DNA of 63,962 nt, counting the filler, from Welwitschia mirabilis (Eukaryota): NCBI GenBank assembly GCA_051453625.1. It is 5 parts of one record of this genome, joined end to end, with 100 filler letters (N's around TTAATTAATTAA, not from the genome) between each part and the next. Parts side by side here need not be neighbours in the genome. Positions count along the whole stretch, not along the records: positions 38,530 to 58,027 come from JBOZIK010000001.1; positions 58,128 to 61,187 come from JBOZIK010000001.1; 3 more parts are not named here. One strand, 5' to 3'. The position numbers were made by a program, and so were the translations under genes. The first letter of the stretch is position 1, and every line of letters starts with the position of its first letter. This document shows positions 51,001-61,287 of the stretch, piece after piece. The notes under the pieces are model-generated. The model was not told the DNA's origin, searched no databases, and saw nothing but the letters and a program-made list of their open reading frames with translations.

Positions 51001-52101
51001 CGATCATTGTGTGTACTATTACATGAGTGCTTCAAGGGTGATTGTCATTCTTATGTTGTATGTTGACCATATATGGGTTGTTCGAAATGACATTAAAGGA
51101 ATCAAAAGACGAAAGAAGGAAATATCCAAGAATTTTGCCGCTAAAGATCTTGGGCCAGCAAAACAAATCCCTAGAATGAGGATTATTATGAGGATTGTTA
51201 GAGATAGATCACATCATAGGTTATGATTGAGCCAATCTGAATATATTGCCAAAGTTTTGAAATGTTTTAACATGCTAGATTATAAACCTGTTTGTACTCC
51301 TCTAGCTACACATTTCCAATTAACTCATCAAGTTTGTCCCACTTCAAAGGAGAAGGCAAAATGACAAGTGTGCCTTATACATCAGTTATGGGAAGCCTAA
51401 TGTATGTCATGGTCTACACAAGACCAGATATTGCTCATGCAGTAGGAGCTATCTCTCGTTTTATGAGTAATCCTGGAAGAGCATTGAGAAGCAATAAAAT
51501 GGATACTTTGTAACTTGAAGGGAACCCAACATGTGAATCCGTGTTTTGGCAATACCATTTTGCATGTTATAGGGCTAGTTGGAAGGATGCTAGAAGACCT
51601 ACTAATAGGTACATCTTTTCTCTTGGTGGTGGAGCTATTAGCTGGATGTCCTATCTACAATCAAATGTTGCTCTTTCCACTATAGAAGTTGAGTATATTG
51701 CCTTAACAGAAGCTGCTAAGGAGATGCTATGGCTGCATGGTCTTGTTGGCTAATTTGACCTTAGGGCTTAGTCAAACCAAGTTTGTCATGCATTGTAATA
51801 GTCAGAGTGCCAAGGATCTAACAAAGAGTCCTATTTATCATGCCAGAACTAAGCACATTGATATTAAATATCTTTTCATTAGGCAGAAGTTTGAAAAATG
51901 CCTATTAGATGTTTGAAAGATTCACACACATGTGTGTCTTGCTAATTTTTTGACAAAAGTTGTTAATGGCACAAAGCAAAAGGCATCTCGTGATGGAGTA
52001 GGATTGCAGACGTGATCTAGAAGCACGGACATAAGCATCTATTGGAGCTATATAAGTACTTCTTCTTGAAGGCTCATCAAATTTGTCTTCAAGTACGAGA
52101 A

Positions 52102-52638
52102 TGTTAAAAGAAGTGAAGCCAAATTCGTCTTTTTTTTTTTAATTATAACGTTATGCTTAAACATTAACAATGCCCACCCCCCACCTCCCCCCGAANNNNN
52201 NNNNNNNNNNNNNNNNNNNNNNNNNNNNNNNNNNNNNNNNNNNNNNNNNNNNNNNNNNNNNNNNNNNNNNNNNNNNNNNNNNNNNNNNNNNNNNNGAAAA
52301 AACAAAAACCCCCCAACCAAAAACCTTTTTTGCGATGTTGTAAAAGGAGGTTGTGTTTTAACTCCTTGGGTTTCTCCTTTTCTTTCTTATTTTCCCTCCA
52401 AAAGAAAGGAAAGGGAAAGAACTTTCTAGAAGAGGAATTTTCTAGGACTTTCTAGATTAACTTGGCTTAAAACCCTAGACCTATTAAGGTTGCTTAAGGG
52501 TTTGTTTTGTACAAGTTTCTTTTACTCCTTAAAGAAGATTAAAAGCTCTACCTACTTCCTTTGGCTTTCCCCTGCATTAGGGTTTTGCATGTTAACTCTT
52601 GTGTGTTGTTCTTTTGCTTGCTGTTTCCGTTTGCTACA
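52102..52638 (+). repeat. Copia LTR lying between two Copia internal regions
   Basis: TGTTAAAAG start after a PPT-like tract, ending GCTGTTTCCGTTTGCTACA. Contains a 100-N gap. Confidence 0.6.
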
Positions 52639-52699
52639 TTGGTTTTCATAACATGTTTTAGTAGACATGACCACTCTACTACTGGTTCTGTAACAAGAA

Positions 52700-55085
52700 G
52701 GGTCACATGAAAAAGGATTACCAGACATACAAAAAAGCAAAAAGAAAAGGAAGCAAATGGTAGAAAAACAGATGACCAAACAAAGAGACATGCACATCAA
52801 ACTAAAGTGATGGAGGGTAGCATTCATGTGCATGGGTTCACAAGTAATTTTTTCTCAAGATTTCATTGATGATGTCTGGTTATTGGATAGTGGTGCTTCT
52901 TTTTCACATTTGTCCAAACTGGCAGAGTTTAGTTTATATGTAGCTTAATGAAGTTAGAATAGTTGTTGCTGACAGTAGAAAGTGTAAGATACCTGGTATT
53001 GGTACTATTGTCTTACAACAGCAGAGTGGTTCGCATGTCACAATTAAAAAAGCAAGACATGTTACTGACATCAATAGAAATCTACTATCACTTGATCAAG
53101 TGGCAGTCTTCCTTGCAAGTTGCTTTTCTAAGAAAGAATGTGATAGATTAGCAAAGGTGCTATGACATTACTGAATGGTAATAAGGAAAGTTACTTATAT
53201 ATCCTTTGTGCCAGACCCACAAGTAGACAAGGTAAGGTAGTAGTTGTTGCAAAGGATGCAAATTTGTGGCATGGGCATCTTGGACATCTGGGCGTGTTTG
53301 CAATAAAGGTATTTCAATCTCAAAATCCAACCACTGTATCTACTTTTGTTTCATTAAATTTCTGTAGAGAATGTAAAGGAGGAAAGTGTAGTAGAGTCAA
53401 CTTTAAAAGCAATGCACAGTTTAGAAGCAAAACAAAATGAGAATTAATTTATTTTGATGTTGTCAATCCTCCAAATCCAACGTCTCTCGGTGGTCCCCGT
53501 TTCTTTGTTACTTTTATTAATGACTTTACTTGCAAAAGTTGGGTATGTCTATTCAGACAAAGGACATGGTTCTCAATTTTCCTAAGGAGTTTCTAGCAAA
53601 GGGGGAAACACAGATAGGTTTGAAGGTTAAGAGACTTCTCACAAATTATGGAGGTGAACAGACCTTAAATTCTGTACTTAGAAGGGCATAATCCACTTCC
53701 ATATGACACCTGAAGCTTCACAGCAAAATGGAGTCATGGAAAGATGTGATAGGGTCTTGTTGGTATGTGAAAGAAGCATGGTGGTTGATGCAAATCTTCC
53801 CAAACGTTTTTGGGTGAAGTAGTTAGTACATCAGCATATCTTATTGAGAGGTCACCCCATTAGATGGAAACTTCCGAAAATCTTACTGAAGGGAAAAGCC
53901 ATATCATATCAGCACTTGAGGTCTTTAGTTGTGAAGACTATGTTGATGTGCAAGAGTCCCATAGATCCAAGCTAGATGACAAAGCACACATGTATGTCTC
54001 TGTAGGCTATAATGGAGATGACATAGGTTTTAGACTCTGGGAACCTGCCAGCCAACAGATCATCAGATTAGAGATGTAATAGAGAAGATACTCCTTTCTA
54101 TCCACAGTAGAAGCAGAGTCATAATGTGGGAATTTCTGAGCTCATACTCAGTAGAAGGAATCTGTTGTTTTTCCCCTCAAGTCTATGATGAAGAAGAACA
54201 AGAAGAAACTGATGTGCATGAAATTAATGACACAAATCAGCAGCTTGAGGAAAGTGATTAACTAGAAAAGAAGAGGGTTTAAATGAATAGGTCAAAGGGC
54301 AGGCAGAACGAGATGTGCCTTCTCATGAGGCTCCTTCCCACTGGATAAGGAGATTAACTAGAGTTATAAAACAATCAGATAGATACTCTCCTTCCTTGTA
54401 CTATGTTTACTTAACAGATATGTGTGAACCAAAAACTGTTGCAGAAACTAAATCTTGCAGTGAATTAAAGCAGCGCAAGAAAGCAATGAAAAAGGAATGG
54501 AAGTCCACCCTTACAGGTAACCATACATGTGACTTGAAGCCACTGCCAAAGAGGAAGAAAACCCTCCATCGCACATAGCTTTTCACAAGAAAGACAGATT
54601 TGAATGAACTTATGGGGTACAAAGCAAGATTAGTACTGAAGAGTTATGCTCAGAAACCAAGTATAGATCTTACAAAGACCGTCTCTCTTGTTGTTAAACA
54701 TTCTTCCAATAGAATCGTGGTGTCCCCAGTTGTTTGTCCAGATTTGGAGTTGAAGCAGTTAGATGTCAAAACTGCACTTACTAAGCATGTATCAGTCCGA
54801 AGGTTTTGTTGATCCTGAGCATCCAGACTTAGTATGCAGATTGAACAAGATCTTGTATGATCTCAAATAGGCAACTAGACAGTGGTACAAGAAATTCAAT
54901 TCCGTCATGGAAGAACAGCAATACTGCAACTGCAATATAGATCATTTGGTGTACCTTTAAGGGCAAGTATGAGGTAAATTTTGTGTTATGTTGTTAAATG
55001 CAGGTCATATGCTTATAGCTAGAAATGACAGCAATGAAATAAGCACTTGAAATAGGAAATAAGTCAGCATGTTGATATGAAAGCA
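52700..55085 (+). mobile_element. Second decayed Copia internal region (protease, integrase, partial RT)
   Basis: WLLDSGASF, LWHGHLGH..CRECKGGK, QQNGV.ER, RSKLDDKA, RYSPSLYY..EPKT, YKARLV.K.YAQK and QLDVKTA. Truncated after the RT core. Confidence 0.85.
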
Positions 55086-55329
55086 TTAAAAGACGAGAAA
55101 AGAAGAAAAACATATTCCTTTATATCTTTTTTTCTATGTTTTCCTCTAATGAAAATCTATTGCTATTTATGTGTTTGGCTTAAATGTTGTGTCTTTTACT
55201 AATACCTTTAAATTATACAACTTTATACTAAAAGAGCAATTCAAGACCTTCAGCATTTCTGATATATTCCATAACTTATCTTATTTGAGAAGGTAACAAG
55301 TTGTCATTGTTGCTGTTTCTTTTTGTCAC

Positions 55330-57140
55330 TAAAGGTTTGGGAGCAAAGACTGATAAGGCTCAAAGAGTAACTCTTTCAGCAGTATTCAAATGGTAACTCT
55401 TTAAAAGTCACTCAAGTTCTAATCTTGCTAATTTAACTTATTCAATATGTGGATGATTCTTCTATATTTTGTGGAGTATTCGAGATATCTTGTAAACTCT
55501 TTGCTCCCTAAAAATCCAGGATTACATATTAACCTTCAAAAAAGTATGGCTCACACTTTTAACATGCATTAGAGGCAGATTCATGAAATGTAAAGAATTC
55601 TGAATCTGGCAATTAAGAGCTTATTTGAAAAATATAAAGGTGTTCCTTTTACTATAGGGAGAGTGAAGAAAAAATAAAGAAAGAATTATGGGGCCATATT
55701 CTCAATAAAATGGCAAAAGTGTTAGCAAGATAAGAAAGTAAATTTCTTTTTTAGCAAACAGAGCTCAGCTTATTCAAAGTTGTCTTCAATCCTTACCAAT
55801 TTTCTTGATGTCCTTTCTTTTTGTCAACTACATGGAAAAGTATGAAAGGAATTTTTTATGGAAAAGCACTAATGTTGAAAGAGCATCCATTTCAAAAATT
55901 GGATTCCTTGTGAAGGGCTGAAGGTGGTTTTGATCTATAAAAGATTTCATGAGTTAAATCTTTCTATCTTGGCTAAGATAGTCTAGCATTTACATTCAAA
56001 AAAGGGAAAATGGTTTCAAGTATTAAACGCCAAATATCTAAATCAGTATCCATTTCTTTGAAGGTCCACGTATTACTGCAAGCTATGCAATCTGTTATGG
56101 TTTGTAGAAATTTAGGAGATTGGTTGAATAATTATCTATTACAAATCTAACAACAAGAAAGTACTAAAATAAAATAGAAAAGCCGGCAAACAAAAGGAAC
56201 AACATAGAATTTACGTGGTTCGGGCTCTTTTTACCCTACCTCCACGAAAAGCAATGCAAAGCTTTATTGATTGATTAGGAGCAAAATGTGTCCAGATACA
56301 ACAGACAACCCTCTATCAAGTTTATATCGCCTTAGGGTTAGGGTTACAAGTCAATCCCCTTTTACAACTTTAAATAGGGTCAATGTTAAAACATTTCAAT
56401 ATAAATAATAATTTGGCTTCACATATCGACATTATCATACTCTAGGAAGTTATCCACTAGACCAAGAAGCGAGTAGATATAAAAAATGTGAATTAGCCCA
56501 AGGCTGCAATTCTTTTTCTCTCTAGCAAGATCAAATGAGTTGCCTTTTCTAGAGGGCCTTTAAAAACATGGTTGGGCGATTAGAAATTGATGTCACAGTT
56601 GCAAAAATGACAAATAATCCTTAGGACATTGCCTCTTCATTGACCATGGGCAAGGAAAGTTTGCAATTTTATTTTTTCAATGACAAAGTCGCAAATAATT
56701 CTTCCAAATAATGTTAAAAATCTAGTTAAACAATGGGATTGGTCTAATGGCAAACAAGAGATGAAAAGTACATTTTATCATTTGCTTCCACGTGTTTGAT
56801 TGCAACTTTGAAAAGAAAGCAAGTTCAAATCCTCTAGATGAAGCCTGAAAATTTAAAAAGAAATTATGTTATGAAAAGTTGTCATATTCCAATTTAATTG
56901 CTCGAGGGAAGGAAAGCCTAAAAATTTAAAAAGGAATGATGTAATAAAATATGAGATTATTGTCTTCATATTCCAATTTTCTTGTCTCTTCATCCTTGGC
57001 TTGACCCTTGTGATGGAGAAGTTAGGCAATCAAACCTTTATCACGCGAAGATTAGTTCACATTCCTTTTTCCTCTAGCTTTAGAGCCAAGGGAAGAAGCT
57101 AGATGCAGAATTGTTTCCTATCCAACATAGCCCCCTATCT
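55330..57140 (+). mobile_element. L1-type LINE remnant of the same family as LINE-A/B
   Basis: QYVDD near 55442 and colinear similarity to 26700-28200. Interrupted by a solo LTR. Confidence 0.72.
56137..56431. mobile_element. Solo LTR (295 bp) with TSD TTATC, inserted in the LINE
   Basis: TTATC at 56132-56136 and 56432-56436. Ends are TA(decayed TG)...CA. The motif ATTTACGTGGTTCGG...CCTACCTCCAC is typical of reverse-oriented Copia LTRs. Confidence 0.75.
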
Positions 57141-57228
57141 TAGGAAGGCAACACGGCTATTGTTAGTGTGGTGTACCAACCTACCATAAAAACAAATTTT
57201 AAGTTCTTCGGAAAAAAAGGAGAGTAAT

Positions 57229-58027
57229 CTTTTTTTTTTGAGAAACGGTAAATGTCTATTATATTATAACTTAAGACAAGAGGAGAAACACAATAGCTTA
57301 AAAGCTATTTTTCCAAGTGTGATAGAAATCCCGTCAATAATCAAAGCCCCAAATATCAGCATCTAATTTAGTCAACACACGTCCCAATTCCAATCAAAAA
57401 GAGGCTATTGACTAGCATACCTCAATGGGTTTACAATAAAACAAAATTTAGAAGACTCCAAAGGTGGGAAATTTTCTTGCCAATCCCAAGGCCTCTACAA
57501 TTCCAAAAAATTCATTGGAAGGAGAGTCGAAATTGCTTACCATCTCGGATGTCTTCCTTCGTCTCCTTTTCAATTTTACTTTTTCTGATATTCATCCTGA
57601 TTTTTTTGTTCGTCTGTCCAATTTTTCAAGTTCTGCTAGCTATTCACATGTATAAAGAATGCTACTCTACGTTGTTACCATTATCTCTTTGCTCCTGTCC
57701 TATTCCATTTCAAAAGGTTGTTGTAATTCAAAAGAGCAAATTGGCGCATTGTAGACACACTCTGTGTGCTACTTTTCATGTACCACTGTTTCCCGTTCAT
57801 TTCTTATTTCATTTTCCTGCATCTATTCTGGTTCTTCCTCTAATAGAATATCATATTTATTTGCATGAGTAGTTGGATCATTGTTTGGGACTAAAGCTAG
57901 TTTCTTTTTGCGATTTTTTTCTTGAATAGTTGCAAGCCATTTTTTTCCACTTTCTCATTTTTCTTACATTTTTCCATCGTATGTCCATTTTCACCACACT
58001 TCGAACATTGCAATGGAATATTTCTGA
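57229..58027 (-). mobile_element. Internally deleted L1-type LINE (ORF1 tail, ORF2 start, 3' end with poly-A)
   Basis: Minus strand has IFWNCRGLG (about 57486-57512) only about 250 bp upstream of the ...TTTACCGTTTCTC-poly(A) end at 57229-57239. Confidence 0.65.
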
Positions 58028-58127
58028 NNNNNNNNNNNNNNNNNNNNNNNNNNNNNNNNNNNNNNNNNNNNTTAATTAATTAANNNNNNNNNNNNNNNNN
58101 NNNNNNNNNNNNNNNNNNNNNNNNNNN
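58028..58127. other. Artificial scaffold linker N44-TTAATTAATTAA-N44
   Basis: Identical 100-bp linker. Confidence 0.97.
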
Positions 58128-58930
58128 AATCGTCCATCTTTCAATTTTTACTATTAAAATTCTTTCTTCTTTGGGTTGATCAAACCATATGTTTGAGTCG
58201 ACCAGATTCATCTCAGTTTCCTATTAAATCTTCCATGCAATGGGTCAACTACCAGTTATTTTAAGGTCAATCTCATTTAGAACTTTTCGTAGTCATATCA
58301 GGTCAATCACTACTTTTGTTTAGGTTGACCGACTTTATCTTAGTTTTTCCTGTAAAATCTTTATCTCTCAGAGTCGACTGCTCATTTTTTTCTAAGATCG
58401 ACCACCTCCTTGTAGTTCTAGTTTTAAAAATTTTACATAGGTCGACTGATCTTGCTAATCGGTCACCTGCGTTTAAGGCGGTGCACCATGGATTTTTAAA
58501 ATTTGCCCACCCCTCTTAAATCCCTCATTTATCTTATTCTTCTCTTGTCGTTTCTCAACTCTTGTGGCCCACTCTTCATCTTTCCCACATTTTTTATTTA
58601 GAGCTGGTCTTCAAATGGCTTCTCAACAATCAAGAGAGGGTTCTAGGAAGAGGAGAAAGGAGTCTACTATAAAATCCCCTAGTTATATTTTTTCAAGAAT
58701 AAGTACTAAGCAAGTAGAATATGTTGAGAAGCATTTTGAGTCTAGCCCCATTGCTTTGGAAAGGACCTATGAACGTGTTCAATTTCTCAGTCTGAGGGAG
58801 GTTTAGATTCTTCTTGAGGAAGTAAATAGGAGCTACTTCCTCCATGTTTCATGAACGTGTTATCCATTAGTCACTAGGTTATTTTATTCAAATGCTAGAT
58901 TTGATGCTGCCCATTCCACTTTTATTACTT
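58128..58930 (+). mobile_element. LTR-retrotransposon 3' region with an env-like ORF fragment (SIRE- or Athila-like)
   Basis: Dispersed GTCGAC-like palindromes (58197-58450) followed by MASQQSREGSRKRRK...YPLVTRLFYSN, which resembles plant env-like ORFs. Confidence 0.45.
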
Positions 58931-60082
58931 TTATTTTTTGCCATGAGATGTGTTACGACAACTTTTGGCAACGTCAAATTTTTGTGATATGGTATCTTAA
59001 AAATATTTAAGTTGAATAAAGGCTCATGGCTAATTGATGTTATGGTTTGGGCATATGATGTTATAGGTTTCATAAAATCTATAATTAAAGATTAAATTAT
59101 GGATGAAACCTAGAAGGAATAATTTAAGAAGTAAAATTTGGAAGTATAATTTAAAATGATTAAAAAAAAGTTTTTTTCCCTTATTTTTGAAGCATTATCA
59201 CGCTATTATAATTGGAAATTTGTGGCTTTACTATTTTTGAGACACTATGCAAACAAAAATAGTAATGGAAAAATTTCAATAAAAAGAAAACACATTTCAT
59301 TCCCTTTTTTTAAGATAATAATTCCAAAATTTAAAAAAAGAAATTACAGTCTATTAAAAACTATGGAAGGAATAAAATTAAAAAATAAAAATAATTGAAA
59401 AAAAGAAAAATAAACTTCTTATTATTTCCCTGTTATCTTCAAGATGATATTTCGAATGCAAGAATCCCAAATATTTCATAAAAATCATTCGAAGGCAAAA
59501 TATTTGATAAAAGAAAAAATCGCTCAAGCAGATATTTTAAAAGGAAACTTGTGATAGAAATTCAAATTATACATAATTTATTCAAATCATTGACTAAATA
59601 GAATTATGAAACCTAGGTAGCGTCTTCTCTAAAAAATGACTCTAGCTGTTATCGATGAATGATATTTTGGGTCGACGTTTGAGTTTGTTTTCTACTGTCT
59701 AATGCACGTCTTTAGCTTCTGCTTCTCGTTGTTTCAGCTCATTGCTTTGTTTCACTGCAATACTTTCTTCTTATGATTCTTCTGTGATCGTTGCCCGTCA
59801 TGTTGCATTTACCATCTTTTTGTCTGCGATGTCTATCCTCCCTTTCACGCTGCTTCTGATGTGTTCTGATGCATTTCTGATAATGTGTTTTCATTCTTTG
59901 ATATTTCACCCACCCTTCTGACATTTCCCCTTTCTCTGCTATCTTCTCTTCTGGTCCCTCTGATGTGCGTCCTCGATGCTGTCTGCCTTCGTTCTAGCAT
60001 TCCTTTTTTTTATGCCGTCATTTTTCCTCCTTTTTTTTTGGTATGCGTATCTAGTGTAAGTTTTTTTTACTGCCTTTCCCTT

Positions 60083-60463
60083 AACTAACAGCTAGGATGG
60101 GAGGACTATTTTCTGATTATAGCAATTCTGTTACTGAAGCCAAAGGTCTTTGACCTTGTTATGCAGCTGATCCAAAAAGCTTGGCATCCAGTTGCGTGGA
60201 TTGTAAATGCTCCTAATGACGTGGAGTGGATGCAACTGATGATAGCATTTGCTTCACTCAAAATGATATGATTTTTTTAGCAACTTGTGTGATCTCTATT
60301 GCTCTATGCATTTTGGCATCTTTTCTCCTCTCTGCATTTGGAAATGAAATCACCTTTCCTCATCAGTCGTTTGTGGAGCCTCTTGATCTCGCCTCTTTAC
60401 CTTGCAGAGTTACCTTCTTGTTTCCTGCAACGTCTGATGGATTAGAGTTTGTTCGGTCACCAT
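60083..60463 (-). pseudogene. Unidentified decayed coding fragment (protein C-terminus), third part of the chimera
   Basis: One frame reads HGDRTNSNPSDVAGNKK...ERRKDAKMHRAIEITQVAKKIISF...SENSPPILAVS*. Its internal stops could be C>T changes of CGA/CAG/CAA. No family was recognised. Confidence 0.3.
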
Positions 60464-60816
60464 GAAAGTAAAGTAATCACGGTCAAGCTGATTTTTATTA
60501 TTGGAAACATTAGCAATGGCAACTAGACGAAGTTTCTTATTGGAGGTGTCATTATGCTGTCAAAAGGTAGCACTGGCGAAGACAGAAATGACATCGCCTT
60601 GCTGGACATGTTTGATCTTCTGACAGGTGTTCGACGACCCTTGAGCAACTCCTCTTTCACTTCTACTATGTTGCTGCTCCTGCAGAGAGGAGAATGGCTC
60701 GTGGAAGTTCAACGGATAGCTGGGGATAACAATTTTGAAGAGACCATAGCCGTGGGTGACATAGGCAAGATGCAAAGTATTGGTGTAGCGTGGAAGCAGA
60801 GTGTATTGGGTTCAAG
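60456..60816 (-). pseudogene. 11S legumin-like (cupin) storage globulin fragment
   Basis: LEPNTL/LPRYTNTLHLAYVTHGYGLFKIVIPSYPLNFHEPF...TCQKIKHVQQGDVISVFASATF*QHNDTSNKKLRLVAIANVSNNKNQLDRDYFTF, the N-terminal cupin domain of 11S globulins. One frameshift and one stop. Confidence 0.85.
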
Positions 60817-61187
60817 GTGTTTGAAATGGTCCAACAATTTAACCACACATTTTCTTGTATTCCACATCACCCCTTGCTATTTGATTAAAAATTGTAATCT
60901 CATCCATGACTGTTTCTACATAATGCTAGATACTTTTCTATACCTTTAAAGTGACGATTCTATTTTCTTGTGTGTCTCAGGTGAGCCAAACGATGGAGAA
61001 ATGGTCCCAGCCGAGCTTAGAATGAATAACATACCTCCCATTCCTGGAAAAAAATCACTTATGTGCACAACATGGTATCCTCCATGCCTATATTCGTCCT
61101 TTCCTTCATCCTCCGACCAGCTATCATTCTCGTTCTGGTTGCTCTTGCTTTATTCCTCATCCTTACGCTTTTCCTCTTTCTATGAAT
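60817..61187 (-). pseudogene. SRPK: SRPK (SR-protein kinase) N-terminal fragment
   Basis: SEDEGKDEYRHGGYHVVHISDF/RNGRYVIHSKLGWDHFSIVWLT*DTQENRIVTLKV*KSI*HYVETVMDEITIFNQIARGD...CVVKLLDHFKH, matching plant SRPK subdomains I-IV with stops and frameshifts. Confidence 0.92.
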
Positions 61188-61287
61188 NNNNNNNNNNNNN
61201 NNNNNNNNNNNNNNNNNNNNNNNNNNNNNNNTTAATTAATTAANNNNNNNNNNNNNNNNNNNNNNNNNNNNNNNNNNNNNNNNNNNN
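61188..61287. other. Artificial scaffold linker N44-TTAATTAATTAA-N44
   Basis: Identical 100-bp linker. Confidence 0.97.

Larger units (their letters stand above)
46960..52638 (+). mobile_element. Decayed Copia (Tork/Tnt1-like) element, gag interrupted by a LINE fragment
   Basis: Gag N-terminal remnant at 46960-47210, CWYCKKKGHINKDC knuckle (about 48790), protease, integrase (SDVVGP, TDNGDEY), RT (QLDVK..F.HG, LYVD) and RNase H (ALSTIEVEYIAL). PPT-like tract and LTR at 52102-52638. No matching 5' LTR was identified. Confidence 0.82.

Noticed and set aside
56332-56346. Interstitial telomere or evidence of telomere-targeted PLE insertion
   Set aside because: Only 2.5 units, inside a solo LTR and about 12 kb from the PLE.
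60554-60949. Plus-strand 131-aa ORF as a gene
   Set aside because: It is the antisense shadow of the minus-strand SRPK/legumin pseudogene.
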